A stretch of 64,000 nt of DNA from assembly GCF_006345805.1 (NCBI RefSeq), contig NC_043000.1, forward strand, positions 154,070,001 through 154,134,000, given 5' to 3'. The notes beneath the pieces are model-generated. The model saw only the letters and a list, made by a program, of their open reading frames with translations. It made no database searches and was not told where the DNA came from. Origin of the DNA: Octopus sinensis (Eukaryota). The position numbers and the translations under genes were made by a program. Below are positions 1-11,506 of this stretch, piece after piece (within the stretch, counting starts at the first letter, position 1; every line of letters begins with the position of its first letter).

Positions 1-150
1 TTTACATTCGACGGATATTTGTCCTCATCTTGTTTGTTGTTAATACAACGTTTCGGCTGATATGCCCGCCAGCCTTCTTCGGGAGTCTTGGAGAAATTTC
101 GAACCTGGGTTCTCATTCCTAAGGTATTTTTATTCCTAAGGTATGCCCGT

Positions 151-215
151 GGGCAGATGGCGTAGTGGTTAAGAGCACGGGGTACTAACCCCCAAGATTC
201 CGAGTTCGATTCCAA
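151..215 (+). promoter_or_regulatory. tRNA-like pol III head (A/B boxes) inside the Penelope pLTR
   Basis: A-box-like TGGCGTAGTGG, arm GGGG-TACTAA-CCCC, B-box-like GAGTTCGATTCC, followed by (AAT)n. Confidence 0.65.
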
Positions 216-247
216 GCAGTAACCTGAACAATAACAACAACAACATC

Positions 248-290
<43 letters not shown>

Positions 291-337
291 TCGAAAAATA
301 CCTTAGGAATGAGAACCCAGGTGCTAAAATTCCCCAA

Positions 338-383
338 GACACCTGAAGAAGGCTGGACGGTATATCAGTCGAAACGTTGTATT
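338..383 (+). ncRNA. Minimal type-I hammerhead ribozyme motif (Penelope type)
   Basis: GACAC CTGAAGA A GGCTG..CAGTC GAA ACGT T GTATT; palindromic ACGT helix III; one mismatch in stem I. Confidence 0.6.
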
Positions 384-1466
384 AACAACAAACAAGATGA
401 GGACAAATATCCGTCGAATGTAAATAATGTAAATAATGTAAATAATTCCTCATCTCTTAAATATAGAACTGTACTATCTAATCGGTACGGAGCCGACATT
501 AGACTTCAATGGAGACATATAGAGAGACTCCATCAAAAACTAGCTCGTCTTTCAAACCATCTAACTTTCTTATGTAGATGTAGAGACACAAAGCTAATAC
601 CACCTGGCTTGAATATAATGACAAAAGTGGATTCATATAAAGGTAGAAGAGTAGCGGAAAGGGCAGGACACGCCCTTGTCCGTGAGAGTATCCATTACAA
701 CCGTTGGAAAAAACATCAATTAAATAAAGATATCAAAGAGAGGTTGTCTTCATTACTTAGAAAAATAACCAGAGATGGTGATAGAAATAAAATCCAACAA
801 GATCTGAAAAAGTCGTACATGAAAGAATTTGAAATGGTGAAGACACACCAGATTAAGGAGTTTATGAAACTCAAAGGTCAGAGAATGAAGACTGAAATCC
901 CTCAGGCATCTCTAATGTTAGACTACCTCTTCAGGTCCATGAAATATTTTGGTTTCTTAATAGTTTCTAACCTAATACAAACCACAAACCCAGCCTAAAG
1001 AGCGACAGTTCCCCTGGTTTGTTGACATTACATTCCCAGAAAGCTTTCAGTGATTTGAAAGCATACATGCAGCAACACACTACAAAGATCGATCTTGTTT
1101 GTCTTCGCTTTGTCTCTTAAGTTACTACAAGGGTTTATGTTCTTTTGACATAACAAGCTACGTACCAACTACTTCTTATTCCATTCGATCTTACCTGCAT
1201 CTGATAATTTCATCGCCCATCTTATACATCTATTATAATAAGTTTGCTCAATTTACTACACCAGAATACAACCGTCAAAATGTCCTCATGCATGATATTT
1301 TTCCTACAAGAATATAACGTACAAAAGTTTAAATTGAACACCAATCACTTCGAAATTGCTATTCTAGAAAAAGCTCACTAAAATCAAAGGTACTGTGCCT
1401 TTTTTTTTTCTCATAAAAATGAAAGGAAGTGGCACCAATACAGATACGGGTATGGTAATGATAAGT

Positions 1467-2245
1467 AGCGAGCTGGCAGAAACGTTAGCATACTGGGCGA
1501 AATGCTTAGCGGTATTTCGTCTGCCGTTACGTTCTGAGTTCAAATTCCGCCGAGGTTGACTTTGCCTTTCATCCTTTCGGGGTCGATAAATTAAGTACTA
1601 GTTACGCACTTGGGTCGATATAATCGACTTAATCCGTTTGTCTGTCCTTGTTTGTCCCCTCTGTGTTTATCCCCTTGTGGGTAGTAAAGAAATAGGTATT
1701 TCGTCTGTCGCTACGTTCTGAGTTCAAATTCCGCCGAGGTCGACTTTACCTTCATCCTTTCGGGGTCGATAAATTAAGTACTAGTTACGCACTTGGGTCG
1801 ATATAATCGACTTAATCCGTTTGTCTGTCCTTGTTTGTCCCCTCTGTGTTTATCCCCTTGTGGGTAGTAAAGAAATAGGTATTTCGTCTGTCGCTACGTT
1901 CTGAGTTCAAATTCCGCCGAGGTCGACTTTACCTTTCATCCTTTCGGGGTCGATTAAATAAGTACCAGTTACGCACTGGGGTCGATATAATCGACTGAAT
2001 CCGTTTGTCTGTCCTTGTTTGTCCCCTCTGTGTTTAGCCCCTTGTGGGTAGTAAAGAAATAGGTATTTCGTTTGTCGCTACGTTCTGAGCTCAAATTCCG
2101 CCGAGGTCGATTTTGCCTTTCATCCTTTCGGGGTCGATTAAATAAGTACCAGTTACGCACTGGGGTCGATATAATCGACTGAATTCGTGTGTCTGTCCTT
2201 GTTCGTCCCGTCTGTTTTTAGCCCCTTGTAGGCAGTAAAGAAATA
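1467..2245 (+). mobile_element. Deu/Nin-domain-like tRNA-SINE, tandem tetramer (one head plus four ~184-bp bodies)
   Basis: Units start at GGTATTTCG 1511, 1695, 1878, 2062; core TTTGCCTTTCATCCTTTCGGGGTCGATAAATTAAGTAC; flanking direct repeat GGTAATGATAA at 1454-1464 and 2246-2256. Confidence 0.85.
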
Positions 2246-3684
2246 GGTAATGATAATATTTTAGTGATGACTTTTTAATATCTCTTCAAACATCATAAAC
2301 AGTCGATTTAATTGTTAACAAATTATCGTAGCATCAGGTGAAACTAGAAATAGTGCAAAGGGAATCAAAACATAGAAGTACTAACGCTACACTTACGATA
2401 AAATTGTATGGATTTAGATGCAGCGACTCTGTAGGCGGTAGATAAACTCAATAATTGGTTAATATTTAGTTGTCATGTCGTTCTGAAGCTGAAGCATGCA
2501 GTGAACAGCGCTCACGCAGGAAAGAGGGGGGCAACAACAACATTATCAACGATAACAGGAGCAGGAGAAACAGCGATGTCAGCAGTGTTGCAACGTGGTA
2601 AAAATAACTACGGTGGTCTCAATATAAGTATGTGTCTTATTTGAATTCTGGAGAAATGTGATGATAAGTGATAAGTGTTTGAGCTTGAAGATCCTGACCT
2701 CAGTGTCCGATGGACATGATTTTAAAGCTGATATTCTTAATACCTCCAATGTTTCGGTTGGACAGAATCGGAAGGTAAGGCCGGTGTCACCTGATGTGTT
2801 TCTTTAGACAGAGCCTGCAGAAACAAAAACAACATCACCCGATTTCATGTTTTGTTTATAGTTCTATTAGTTTAAAATAAATCTGTTTTCAATTGAAAAG
2901 TTGTCTAACTTCACAGGATTGTTTTTGTTTTTATGTCGGATATTTGGTGGGGTGTATAAATGAGTCCACTCTTTATATGGGATTTTAGGGTGGGATAATC
3001 TGCCCCTCCTCTTCAAATCTGATGGTGGAGTGGAATATATTAGTCACCTCCTTTGCATCAGATGTTTTGAGGAGTAAGTTACGCCCACATATTATGTTAG
3101 ATGTTGAGGTTTAATGAAATACTTTCCGACATTTTATATCGGACGATATGATAGGACAAACTGTTTCTTTCTTTAATAAAATAAACAGCATAATAGTTGA
3201 AAGAGAACAAAGGACAGAAAGCAGTATCCCTTTTGATGATAAGCAAAGGTGATGGGTCACGCAACCTCTTGACTTGCAGGTTTGTAACTTTGAAAGATGA
3301 CTGGCATTTAAGTATTAAGTGTTTAGTCTGTATTAATGTCTATATTAATTGTATATACTATTTGCTTATGAACAAGCCCGCACTTTAATAAGACAGATTT
3401 TCATGACTAACCAAGAACATTAGCGTTTGTAATCGAACAACCGGAATCGAAACCACTTTGCAGATTTAGCTCACTAGAAGCTTACGTCCAGCATCAGGAC
3501 CCATACCCACCCCTCTTAGAATATGACTCTAAATTTTATGATATGGTATAACTTTTATGGCTGGCTCAATTACGGACATAAATGATATTCAAGCGGAAAT
3601 TGGAAACGCTTCGTGGAATCAGCTCGCTGACAGCTTACCTCTTGCGCAACGGCAGCCGACACATTATCGTTGTTGGTATGGATT

Positions 3685-4862
3685 CTCTAGGAGAATGGCT
3701 TCACGACTTTCTGAAAGATAGAAGTCAGGTGGTAGTGGCCACATTAACACGCAAATAGTGAGCGGTGTTCCACAGGGCACTGTTTTGGGACCACTACTGT
3801 TCATAATGGCCCTCTCAGACATGCCCTCAGCCACGCAGAGAGCCACGATCACAAGTTATGCAGATGATACAAAAGTTTCACAGGCAATACAGAACCCTGA
3901 GGACACTAAACACCTGCAATGTGAGCTAGACAAAATATACAAGTGGGCCGAAAAGAATAGCATGCAGTTCAATGCTGAAAAGTTTCAAGCTCTATACTAT
4001 CAGCATGCAAAACTAAATGCAATACCCAATGAATACACTGGACCCGGAGGAATAGCAATCCCAGCGGCACAATCAGTGCGTGACCTAGGTATTTACATGA
4101 GTGATGATGCGACCTTTCGTGTACATGTTGCTAAATTGGCAATGAAATGCAGACGGCTGGCTGGCTGGATGGATTCTTAGAACCTTTAGAACAAGAGAAC
4201 AAGAAACCATGATGGTCCTCTGGAAGACACTTGTCCTAAGCCACTTTGACTACTGCTCTCAGTTATGGTCACCATCCAGTGTCAAGTTGATCACAGAGCT
4301 CGAGGCGATCCAACGTAGCTACACGAAGAAGATAGCCTCTATGCAGAATGTAAGCTACTGGGAAAGACTCAAGAGATTAAAATTATATTCCCTGGAGCGT
4401 AGGCGGGAAAGATATGCCATAATATACATCTGGAAGATCCTGGAGGGAAGTGTCCTGAACTTTGGCATCGAGAGTTACGCAAATGCCAGAACTGGGCGCC
4501 ACTGCGTGGTGCCTAGGACTCCAAACTTGCCATCAAGATGTAGGACAAGATTCTGTGATAGCCTGGGCTTCCGAGGCCCACAGCTCTTCAATATCCTCCC
4601 GAAGAACCTGAGAGACCTGCATGGGGTGGATACAGATGTCTTTAAAGTGAAGCTGGATCTCTTCCTGTCAGGTGTCCCAGATGAACCAACTTCACGGCAG
4701 GAGGGGCAGATGAGGGCAGCTGCATCGAACTCTCTCATGCACCAAATAGCAGCTGCTAGAAAGCCTTCATGAAGTGAAACCAAGTAGCAACACCAAATGG
4801 CGGTGCCCCAGCATGGCCACAGCTCATAAGCTGAAACTGGAAAAATCAAAATCAAAATCAAA
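3685..4862 (+). mobile_element. CR1-clade LINE, 5'-truncated (RT C-terminal half, 3' UTR, (AAAATC)n tail)
   Basis: SGVPQGTVLGPLLF, YADDTK, FNAEK and LYSLERRRER motifs. A 4-bp duplication near 4167-4174 splits ORFs 3758-4180 and 4209-4772. Confidence 0.9.
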
Positions 4863-5034
4863 TATCCAACTAAATATGGCTGTTTGTGTCGAGGAGAATG
4901 AACTGCTGCACATCAACCACGTCGAGCAGTTTCTAATCAGAGACAGAGCCTGAGTCCAATGGCGGGACTAACCGATAGATATTTTTTCTGAAAATAAGTA
5001 TTCGATTAGCCTCCTGTTGCCTACACTTGGCTCT

Positions 5035-5416
5035 GAGGCGCAATGGCCCAGTGGTTAGGGCAGCGGACTCGCGGTCATAGGATCGCGGTTTCGATTCCCA
5101 GACCGGGCGTTGTGAGTGTTTATTGAGCGAAAACACCTAAAGCTCCACGAGGCTCCGGCAGGGGATGGTGGTGATCCCTGCTGTACTCTTTCACCACAAC
5201 TTTCTCTCACTCTTACTTCCTGTTTCTGTTGTACCTGTATTTCAAAGGGGCCGGCCTTGTCACTCTCTGTGTCACGCTGAATATCCCCGAGAACTACGTT
5301 GAGGGTACACGTGTCTGTGGAGTGCTCAGCCACTTACACGTTAATTTCACGAGCAGGCTATTCCGTTGATTCGGATCAACCGGAACCCTCGTCGTCGTAA
5401 CCGACGGAGTGCTTCC
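5035..5416 (+). mobile_element. tRNA-derived SINE, family B (~385 bp), full length with TSD
   Basis: A-box TGGCCCAGTGG, B-box GTTTCGATTCC; 11-bp TSD ACACTTGGCTC at 5023-5033 and 5417-5427; near-identical copies at 34738, 38571, 50280. Confidence 0.9.
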
Positions 5417-5987
5417 ACACTTGGCTCACCGGCAAATTCGAATTCAGAACATCAAACTTACAAATTATTATAAATTAAACTAAGAAAATATAACAAACTA
5501 GTTCTATTGCTTCCCTTGCATTGCAACAGCGAGCTACGTCTACATATGGTACCTATTTACAGCTATGTAGATAAGACAACTGTACTGATGACTTCAATTT
5601 CTACTGTGGGAAAGTTGTCTACAATAGACTGGCGTCCTATAGGAGTAGATTTGTTTCACGTCTGCTTAAAGCTACTGAACCCTGAATTAAATGCCTGTCC
5701 AATAAACTCTAGGGGGTCTCCGAAAGTATTCAATTAGGGATATTAATAACGATGAGAACTCCGACTCACTGCAGTCTAAATATAATATTTCATACTCATT
5801 ACAGATATTGTTGCAATAAGCAATGCAAATGGTAAATTGGTGTAACTCTCAGAACAACTGACTGTTAAACTTCGAATATTCAATTAGGTTCTGTGCAACT
5901 ATTTTTCCTAGTTCAAATCATACCATCTTCAACTTAACATATTTTTATACGTCCAGGGTTAATAAAATAAATATTGATAATTTGCAG

Positions 5988-6028
5988 GCCGCGCCATCGA
6001 CTGCAGTTATCCGCAGAAAAAAATAATG
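5988..6028 (+). CDS. Possible 41-bp micro-exon (RAIDCSYPQKKIM)
   Basis: TTTGCAG acceptor and ATG|GTAAGT donor around a GC-richer patch; no partner exon identified. Confidence 0.2.
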
Positions 6029-6420
6029 GTAAGTCATGTTAACGTATCCATTTCATGAAATTGAGAAGTTTACTATTTAGGTGGGGAGCACGGAAACTTG
6101 TGTTTACAGGCTGAAATACCACTAACGATAGAATAAACGAGAAGTTGAAATAGTATCGCATCATAGATTTCATCATATCATTAATGCTCACCCAGCAATA
6201 TCAAAATATCTAAGCAATTGTTAGGTAAAGGACTGGGATTTAAATAATACAAAAATGTAACCTTTAGAGTAGTTAAGGAGTAAATTTTATCGCGCAGGTA
6301 TTTACTCTTTCTCTGTTAGTTATAAAGTTCGCAATTCATAAATAAACAACCGCTGCCTCATTTTGGAGAAACTTTTATCAGTTGTTAACCGGTGTGGGAG
6401 AGTATTGCGTGTTATTTCAT

Positions 6421-6525
6421 ACATACATGTGTGTGTGTGTGTGCTCGCGTGTGTGTGTCTGTGTCTGTGTGCGTATGTAAATGTGTGTGTGTATATATAT
6501 ATATATATATAATATATATATATAC

Positions 6526-6592
<67 letters not shown>

Positions 6593-6596
6593 ATAT

Positions 6597-6662
<66 letters not shown>
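6421..6662. repeat. (TG)n/(TA)n microsatellite
   Basis: Direct inspection. Confidence 0.95.
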
Positions 6663-6667
<5 letters not shown>

Positions 6668-6865
6668 ATCCAAACAAGAAAACACAAAAAAAACACAACA
6701 ACGCGAGGACGTGGAACAAATAAAATATTATTGGACGCTCAGGAAAGAAGGGAACAAGGAGGGTTAACGTTTCGAGTGGAGCTCTTCGTCGGAAACATAG
6801 GAGAAGGAAAGATCCAGAGAAGGGAAAACAGAGGAAAAAAATCGCCAACGGTACACACGAGGTCA
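6663..6865 (-). mobile_element. Penelope-like short module with degenerate hammerhead motif
   Basis: Minus strand 6763-6795 reads GTTT CCGACGA A GAG CTCCA CTC GAA ACGT T AAC (core U4 to C); flanked by (TA)n and (CA)n. Confidence 0.45.
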
Positions 6866-6887
6866 CACACACACACACACACACCAC

Positions 6888-6943
<56 letters not shown>

Positions 6944-7009
6944 ATGAAGCCAAACCAATATTTAATGCGTACGTTTCGGGAAAACATATTTATATAGAGA
7001 GTTATGACT

Positions 7010-7542
7010 GGGTTTAGGGTTAAGAGTTAAGGGTCAGAGTTAGAGTTAGAGTTAGGGTGAGGGTTAGGGTTGAGGTTACGGTTAGTGTTCGGGTTAGGGT
7101 CTGAATCAGGGTTAGGGTTAGGGTTAGTGTAAGGGTCAGAGGGTTAGAGTTAAGGACAGGGTAGGGAAAAAGTTGGGGTTAGTGTCAGGTTAGGGTAGGG
7201 TTAGGGTTAGGGTGAGGGTTAATGTTAGTGTGAGAGCTAGGGTTAGGGTTAGGCTTAAGGTTTGGGTTCGGGTAAGGGTTAGGCCAAGGGTTAGGTGCTA
7301 GAGTTCGGTTTAGTGTAACGTTTAGGGTTAGGTTTACGTTTCAGGTTAGGGTTACGGGTACGGTTAGGGTTAGGGTTAGAGTCAGGGTTAGGGTTGTTTA
7401 TTTTTAGCGTTAGGTTTATGGTTAGGGTTAAAGCTAGGTTTAGGTTTAGTGTTATGGTTAGGCTCAGAGTTAGGATTAGAGTCGGGTTAGGGTAGAGTTA
7501 GGTTTAATCTTAGGTTTAGCGTTAGAGTTAGATTTAGGGTTA
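7010..7542 (+). repeat. Degenerate interstitial telomere-like (TTAGGG)n tract
   Basis: About 530 bp of TTAGGG with TTAGAG, TTAGGT, GTAGGG and TCAGGG variants. Confidence 0.85.
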
Positions 7543-8051
7543 TAGCGAACACCAATTTTTCAGTGATCGGCTTGAAGAATTGTTGAAATATTTTCTTAAA
7601 AAGAAACCAATGGTAGCCTTATACACAAATAAAAAGATCTTTATCCACCAATGAGGTGTTGAGCACTCATTCTCATTTTTCTATATTTACGTGTGGGAGG
7701 GGTGCAATTTCCTTTCGGTCCTCTTCGACTAGATCATTTGCTTTTTCCATTTTCTTCCATTCAAGTGTATTGTGCATAATTGCAAGGTTGTGAAAAAAAA
7801 CTTGTTTAGTCTAATTTTATTTAAAACTTAAAATCTAGAAGATGTTTATTCTTCCAACAATCGTGATAATGTGCAACGTATGATTTAAAGAATTGCATTT
7901 TCTCTCCCAGAATCCAAGTTCAACCATACTTTTTTCCAGGTGAACTGGCACGTGTTCTGTTAATCCAATAATGTTAAATATGAAACTGAAAATGTATCTT
8001 GGGGATTGGATTTTAAAACTCATTAGGTATATATATATATATATATATATG

Positions 8052-8296
8052 TATACAAAATGGGACAAGAACGCAAAACATCCAGATAGACGATACAAAA
8101 AACACGAGCAGATCATTCGAAGCCTTTAATCTTCAGTCAAGAACCAGATCATCCTCGCAATTTCGGCTGATTAATCTTGAGATTGCTCCAATCTGGCCAG
8201 CCCCAAGGAAAAACTAAGCTGAGAGCAATAGGTTCCTTGGAAAAAGGCATCGAATGTATACGAAACAAGGACGGAAAAACGGACGATGTTACAAGA
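8052..8296. mobile_element. Dispersed ~240-bp repeat (family P2) between (TA)n tracts
   Basis: Near-identical to 24034-24272 (AAAATGGGACAA...GGACGATGTTACA); related 5' part at 28764-28885. Confidence 0.75.
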
Positions 8297-8650
8297 TATA
8301 TATATGTACATATGTATATATAAATGTATGAGCATATGTGAACAGTATATCTCAAACCTTGTCACTGATACTCTAGTTTATTGTACTTCTATATCTATAT
8401 ATAGTGAAACAATGTTAGCCACCAGGTGGTGAATGTGCGAGGAAAGACTTCACATTGAAAGTAATCTGTCAGCAATCAAGATGGAAATGTAAAACGAACG
8501 ATTCTGATACTCAGTATGGTATATTATTAGTAAAAGAGAACCTAACGGCGAGTATATGCATATGTGGGCGAGTAGAGGTATATATGTGCGTGTGTGTGTG
8601 TTAGTTGCTATTATGACGTAACTACGTCAAAATTGTATTATATATATATA

Positions 8651-9040
8651 ATAGCAGTATCGCCCGGCGTTGCTCGGGTTTGTAAGGGAAATAACTATAA
8701 AGCATTTTAGAGAGTTATAGCCAAAAAAACAGCAAAAAATGCATTAAAAATGGAAAAAAAATTATGGTAAATTTTTTTTTAAATCGTTGACTCATCGTAG
8801 ACATTTTTAGAGAGTTACTTCCCTTTATTTAAAAAATATGCTTTAAAATGGAAAAAAAATATGTATTATTTTTTAAATCGTAGACTCATCGTAGACCGCT
8901 CTAATACCCAGAAGGGCTCGATATGAATCACGACTATAAGATACCCGGTTTTGGTTAAACTGCACCGCAAATGTGGAGTAGTTAGGAATCTAAATCGTAG
9001 GAGACAGACACTCACACAACTTCACTTTTATATATATAGA
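8651..9040 (-). mobile_element. Non-autonomous Helitron, family H1
   Basis: Minus strand starts A|TCTATATATATAAAAG; subterminal hairpin CCCGAGCAACGCCGGG; homologous to copies at 12382, 32856, 46803. Confidence 0.8.
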
Positions 9041-9503
9041 TATATATAATTTGAATGTATGTAATTATGAATATGTGTAGGTGTATATTGCTATAAATTT
9101 TAATGAGACACACATTCCAGCCCATCAGATATTCATTAATTGTAATTTTCCTTCCCTCTCTCCAACTCCGCAATAAGAATTAAATGGGTTGAGGTCTTTC
9201 TATTTTTGTTATTCGTTGAAGGAAGAAAAAACTCGGTTGGAATATTGTAGGGAAATCTACACAGGGGACAATATAATAGAAATACTGTTAAAAATATGCT
9301 TGTCATATTCTTTCAGTTCATAACTTAGTCCGATACACGTCCTAATTCGTGAGTACATGTTCCATCTCACCTTTACTGAAACCACTATCACTACCACAAT
9401 CATTATCAACTTCAGAACTTTCGTTTTTGCAGTAAAGTTTTAACGAGGATTCAATCATCTCGAAAAGGGTTATAATCGAGGTAACAACACGTGAATAGTC
9501 TAC

Positions 9504-9538
<35 letters not shown>

Positions 9539-9592
9539 ATATATATATATATATTATATATATATATATATATAATAATTATAAATATTATA

Positions 9593-9821
9593 TATACCGG
9601 AGTAAACACATAAATGTGAGACAAGGTGGAAAAAAGAGCACTCAAATACCAGTGGTAGAGTAATATGCTTTATTTAAAGCACCAGAAAATTCAACAAAAC
9701 CTGTTACTCTGAGTTTCCCGTTGCGTTCAACAGACAGTTTTTCTAGCAAAAACTGTCCGATGAACGGCAACGGGAACTCAGAGTAACAGGTTTTGTTGAA
9801 TTTTCTGCTGCTTTAAATAAA

Positions 9822-9826
<5 letters not shown>
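9593..9826. mobile_element. Penelope-like module with ~79-bp inverted arms, each carrying a hammerhead-like motif
   Basis: Arms 9664-9742 and 9748-9826 around CTAGC; embedded in (TA)n. Confidence 0.7.
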
Positions 9827-9864
<38 letters not shown>

Positions 9865-9867
9865 CAC

Positions 9868-10396
9868 TAATTTATGAAAAAGTTCGTGCGCCGTGTTGAA
9901 ATAATGATTTTTTTATGCAAGAATTTATTCAAAATCAACGACAACTATTCTTCAAAATAAAGACCATCATTTTCCAGGACCTTCTGCCAGCGATCTGCAA
10001 GCTTTCAGATTTGGTCAAAGTACCAATCCTTCTGCTTTGAATCAAAAAATTATTGTACATATGTCATCGAATGACTCAAATCGGCGACCTTTCATACAGT
10101 GCTCATTGATCGGAAGAGACCATAGTCAGAGGGAAGAACGTCTGGACTATATGCTGAACGGGGAAGAGCTTCCACACCGTCCAATTCTTCAATCTTTTTA
10201 TTGGTCTTTCTGACGGTATACGGCTTTGCATTGTCTTGCTAAAACAAAGCGGTTTCAAACGAACAAGTCTTGGGTACTTTTCAACAGTTAGTCACCATTG
10301 AACATGATATGAACTGAATGAACACACACACCACAAAAATATATTTAAAAAAATAGCATTATTTTAACATGGTGCACGAACTTTCTCCTCAACCTA
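9868..10396 (-). mobile_element. Internally deleted mariner relic
   Basis: Minus strand 10119-10151 encodes YSPDVLPSDYG (mariner YSPDLAP motif), later LADRWQKVLENDGLYFEE; inverted ends AAAGTTCGTGC / GCACGAACTTT. Confidence 0.8.
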
Positions 10397-10415
10397 AAAT
10401 ATATATATATATATT

Positions 10416-10674
10416 ATCTTTTCTTTTTCCTTGTGTCAGTCATTAAACTACAGCCAAGCTGATGCACCACCTTGAAGAATTTTTAGTTGAATGAACCGAG
10501 CTCAGTGCTTATTTTCTTAAGCCTGGTACATATTCTATGGGGGTCCTGCGTCGAACCGCTGGGTTACGGGTACATAAACAAACCAACGTCAGTTGTCAAG
10601 CGGTGGTAGAAACACCCACACACCCACATATGCACATACTCACACACATACACTGATATATGCACACATGTGTA

Positions 10675-10727
<53 letters not shown>

Positions 10728-10745
10728 TAATATATAAATATTATG

Positions 10746-10801
<56 letters not shown>

Positions 10802-10960
10802 CACACGATACAGCGGACTTTTCACACTTTTTGTCTACCAAATCCACTCACAAGGCCCGGGGCTATAGTTCAAGACACTTGTTCATGATGCCATGCAGTG
10901 GAACTGAACCCAGAACTATGTGGTTAGGAAGCACGTTTCTTATCACATATCTACACCTAT
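10416..10960 (-). mobile_element. CORE-type SINE family A, diverged copy
   Basis: CTACCAAATCCACTCACAAGG, GACACTT, GAACCC blocks with an internal microsatellite. Confidence 0.7.
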
Positions 10961-10970
10961 ACCTACATGC

Positions 10971-11506
<536 letters not shown>

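Larger units (their letters stand above)
1..998 (+). mobile_element. Penelope-like retroelement 5' end: inverted pLTR fragment, direct pLTR and N-terminal ORF fragment
   Basis: 1-129 is an inverted copy of 295-423. ORF 309-998 contains RLSNHLTFLCRCRDTKLIPPGL, resembling the Penelope N-terminal HL.FL..C...IP.GL motif. No RT or GIY-YIG domain follows, so the element is truncated. Confidence 0.75.

Noticed and set aside
151-215. tRNA gene calls here and at the heads of 5035, 33432, 34738 and 38571
   Set aside because: No complete cloverleaf or acceptor stem, and each continues into a repeat body, so they are SINE or pLTR heads
895-945. Minus-strand CTGAAGA followed by a good stem (GGTA/TGCC, TCTAA/TTAGA)
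   Set aside because: The required GAAA and NUH elements are absent; at most a dead hammerhead
1511-2245. CRISPR-like regular repeats (also 56781-56910)
   Set aside because: No unique spacers, eukaryotic context, no cas genes
2640-2780. Possible plus exon ending CGGAAG|GTAAGG
   Set aside because: Acceptor is ambiguous and the peptide is not recognisable
3557-3680. Short protein-like frame MAGSITDINDIQAEIGNASW.. on plus, and a strong GAG|GTAAGC donor on minus
   Set aside because: The two readings conflict, no partner exon or recognisable motif was found, and the segment abuts a LINE junction
7010-7542. True chromosome end
   Set aside because: The array is degenerate and has ordinary sequence on both sides
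8110-8170. Hammerhead-like words in family P2 (also 24085-24120 and 28845-28880)
   Set aside because: GAAT instead of GAAA, and no stem I pairing found
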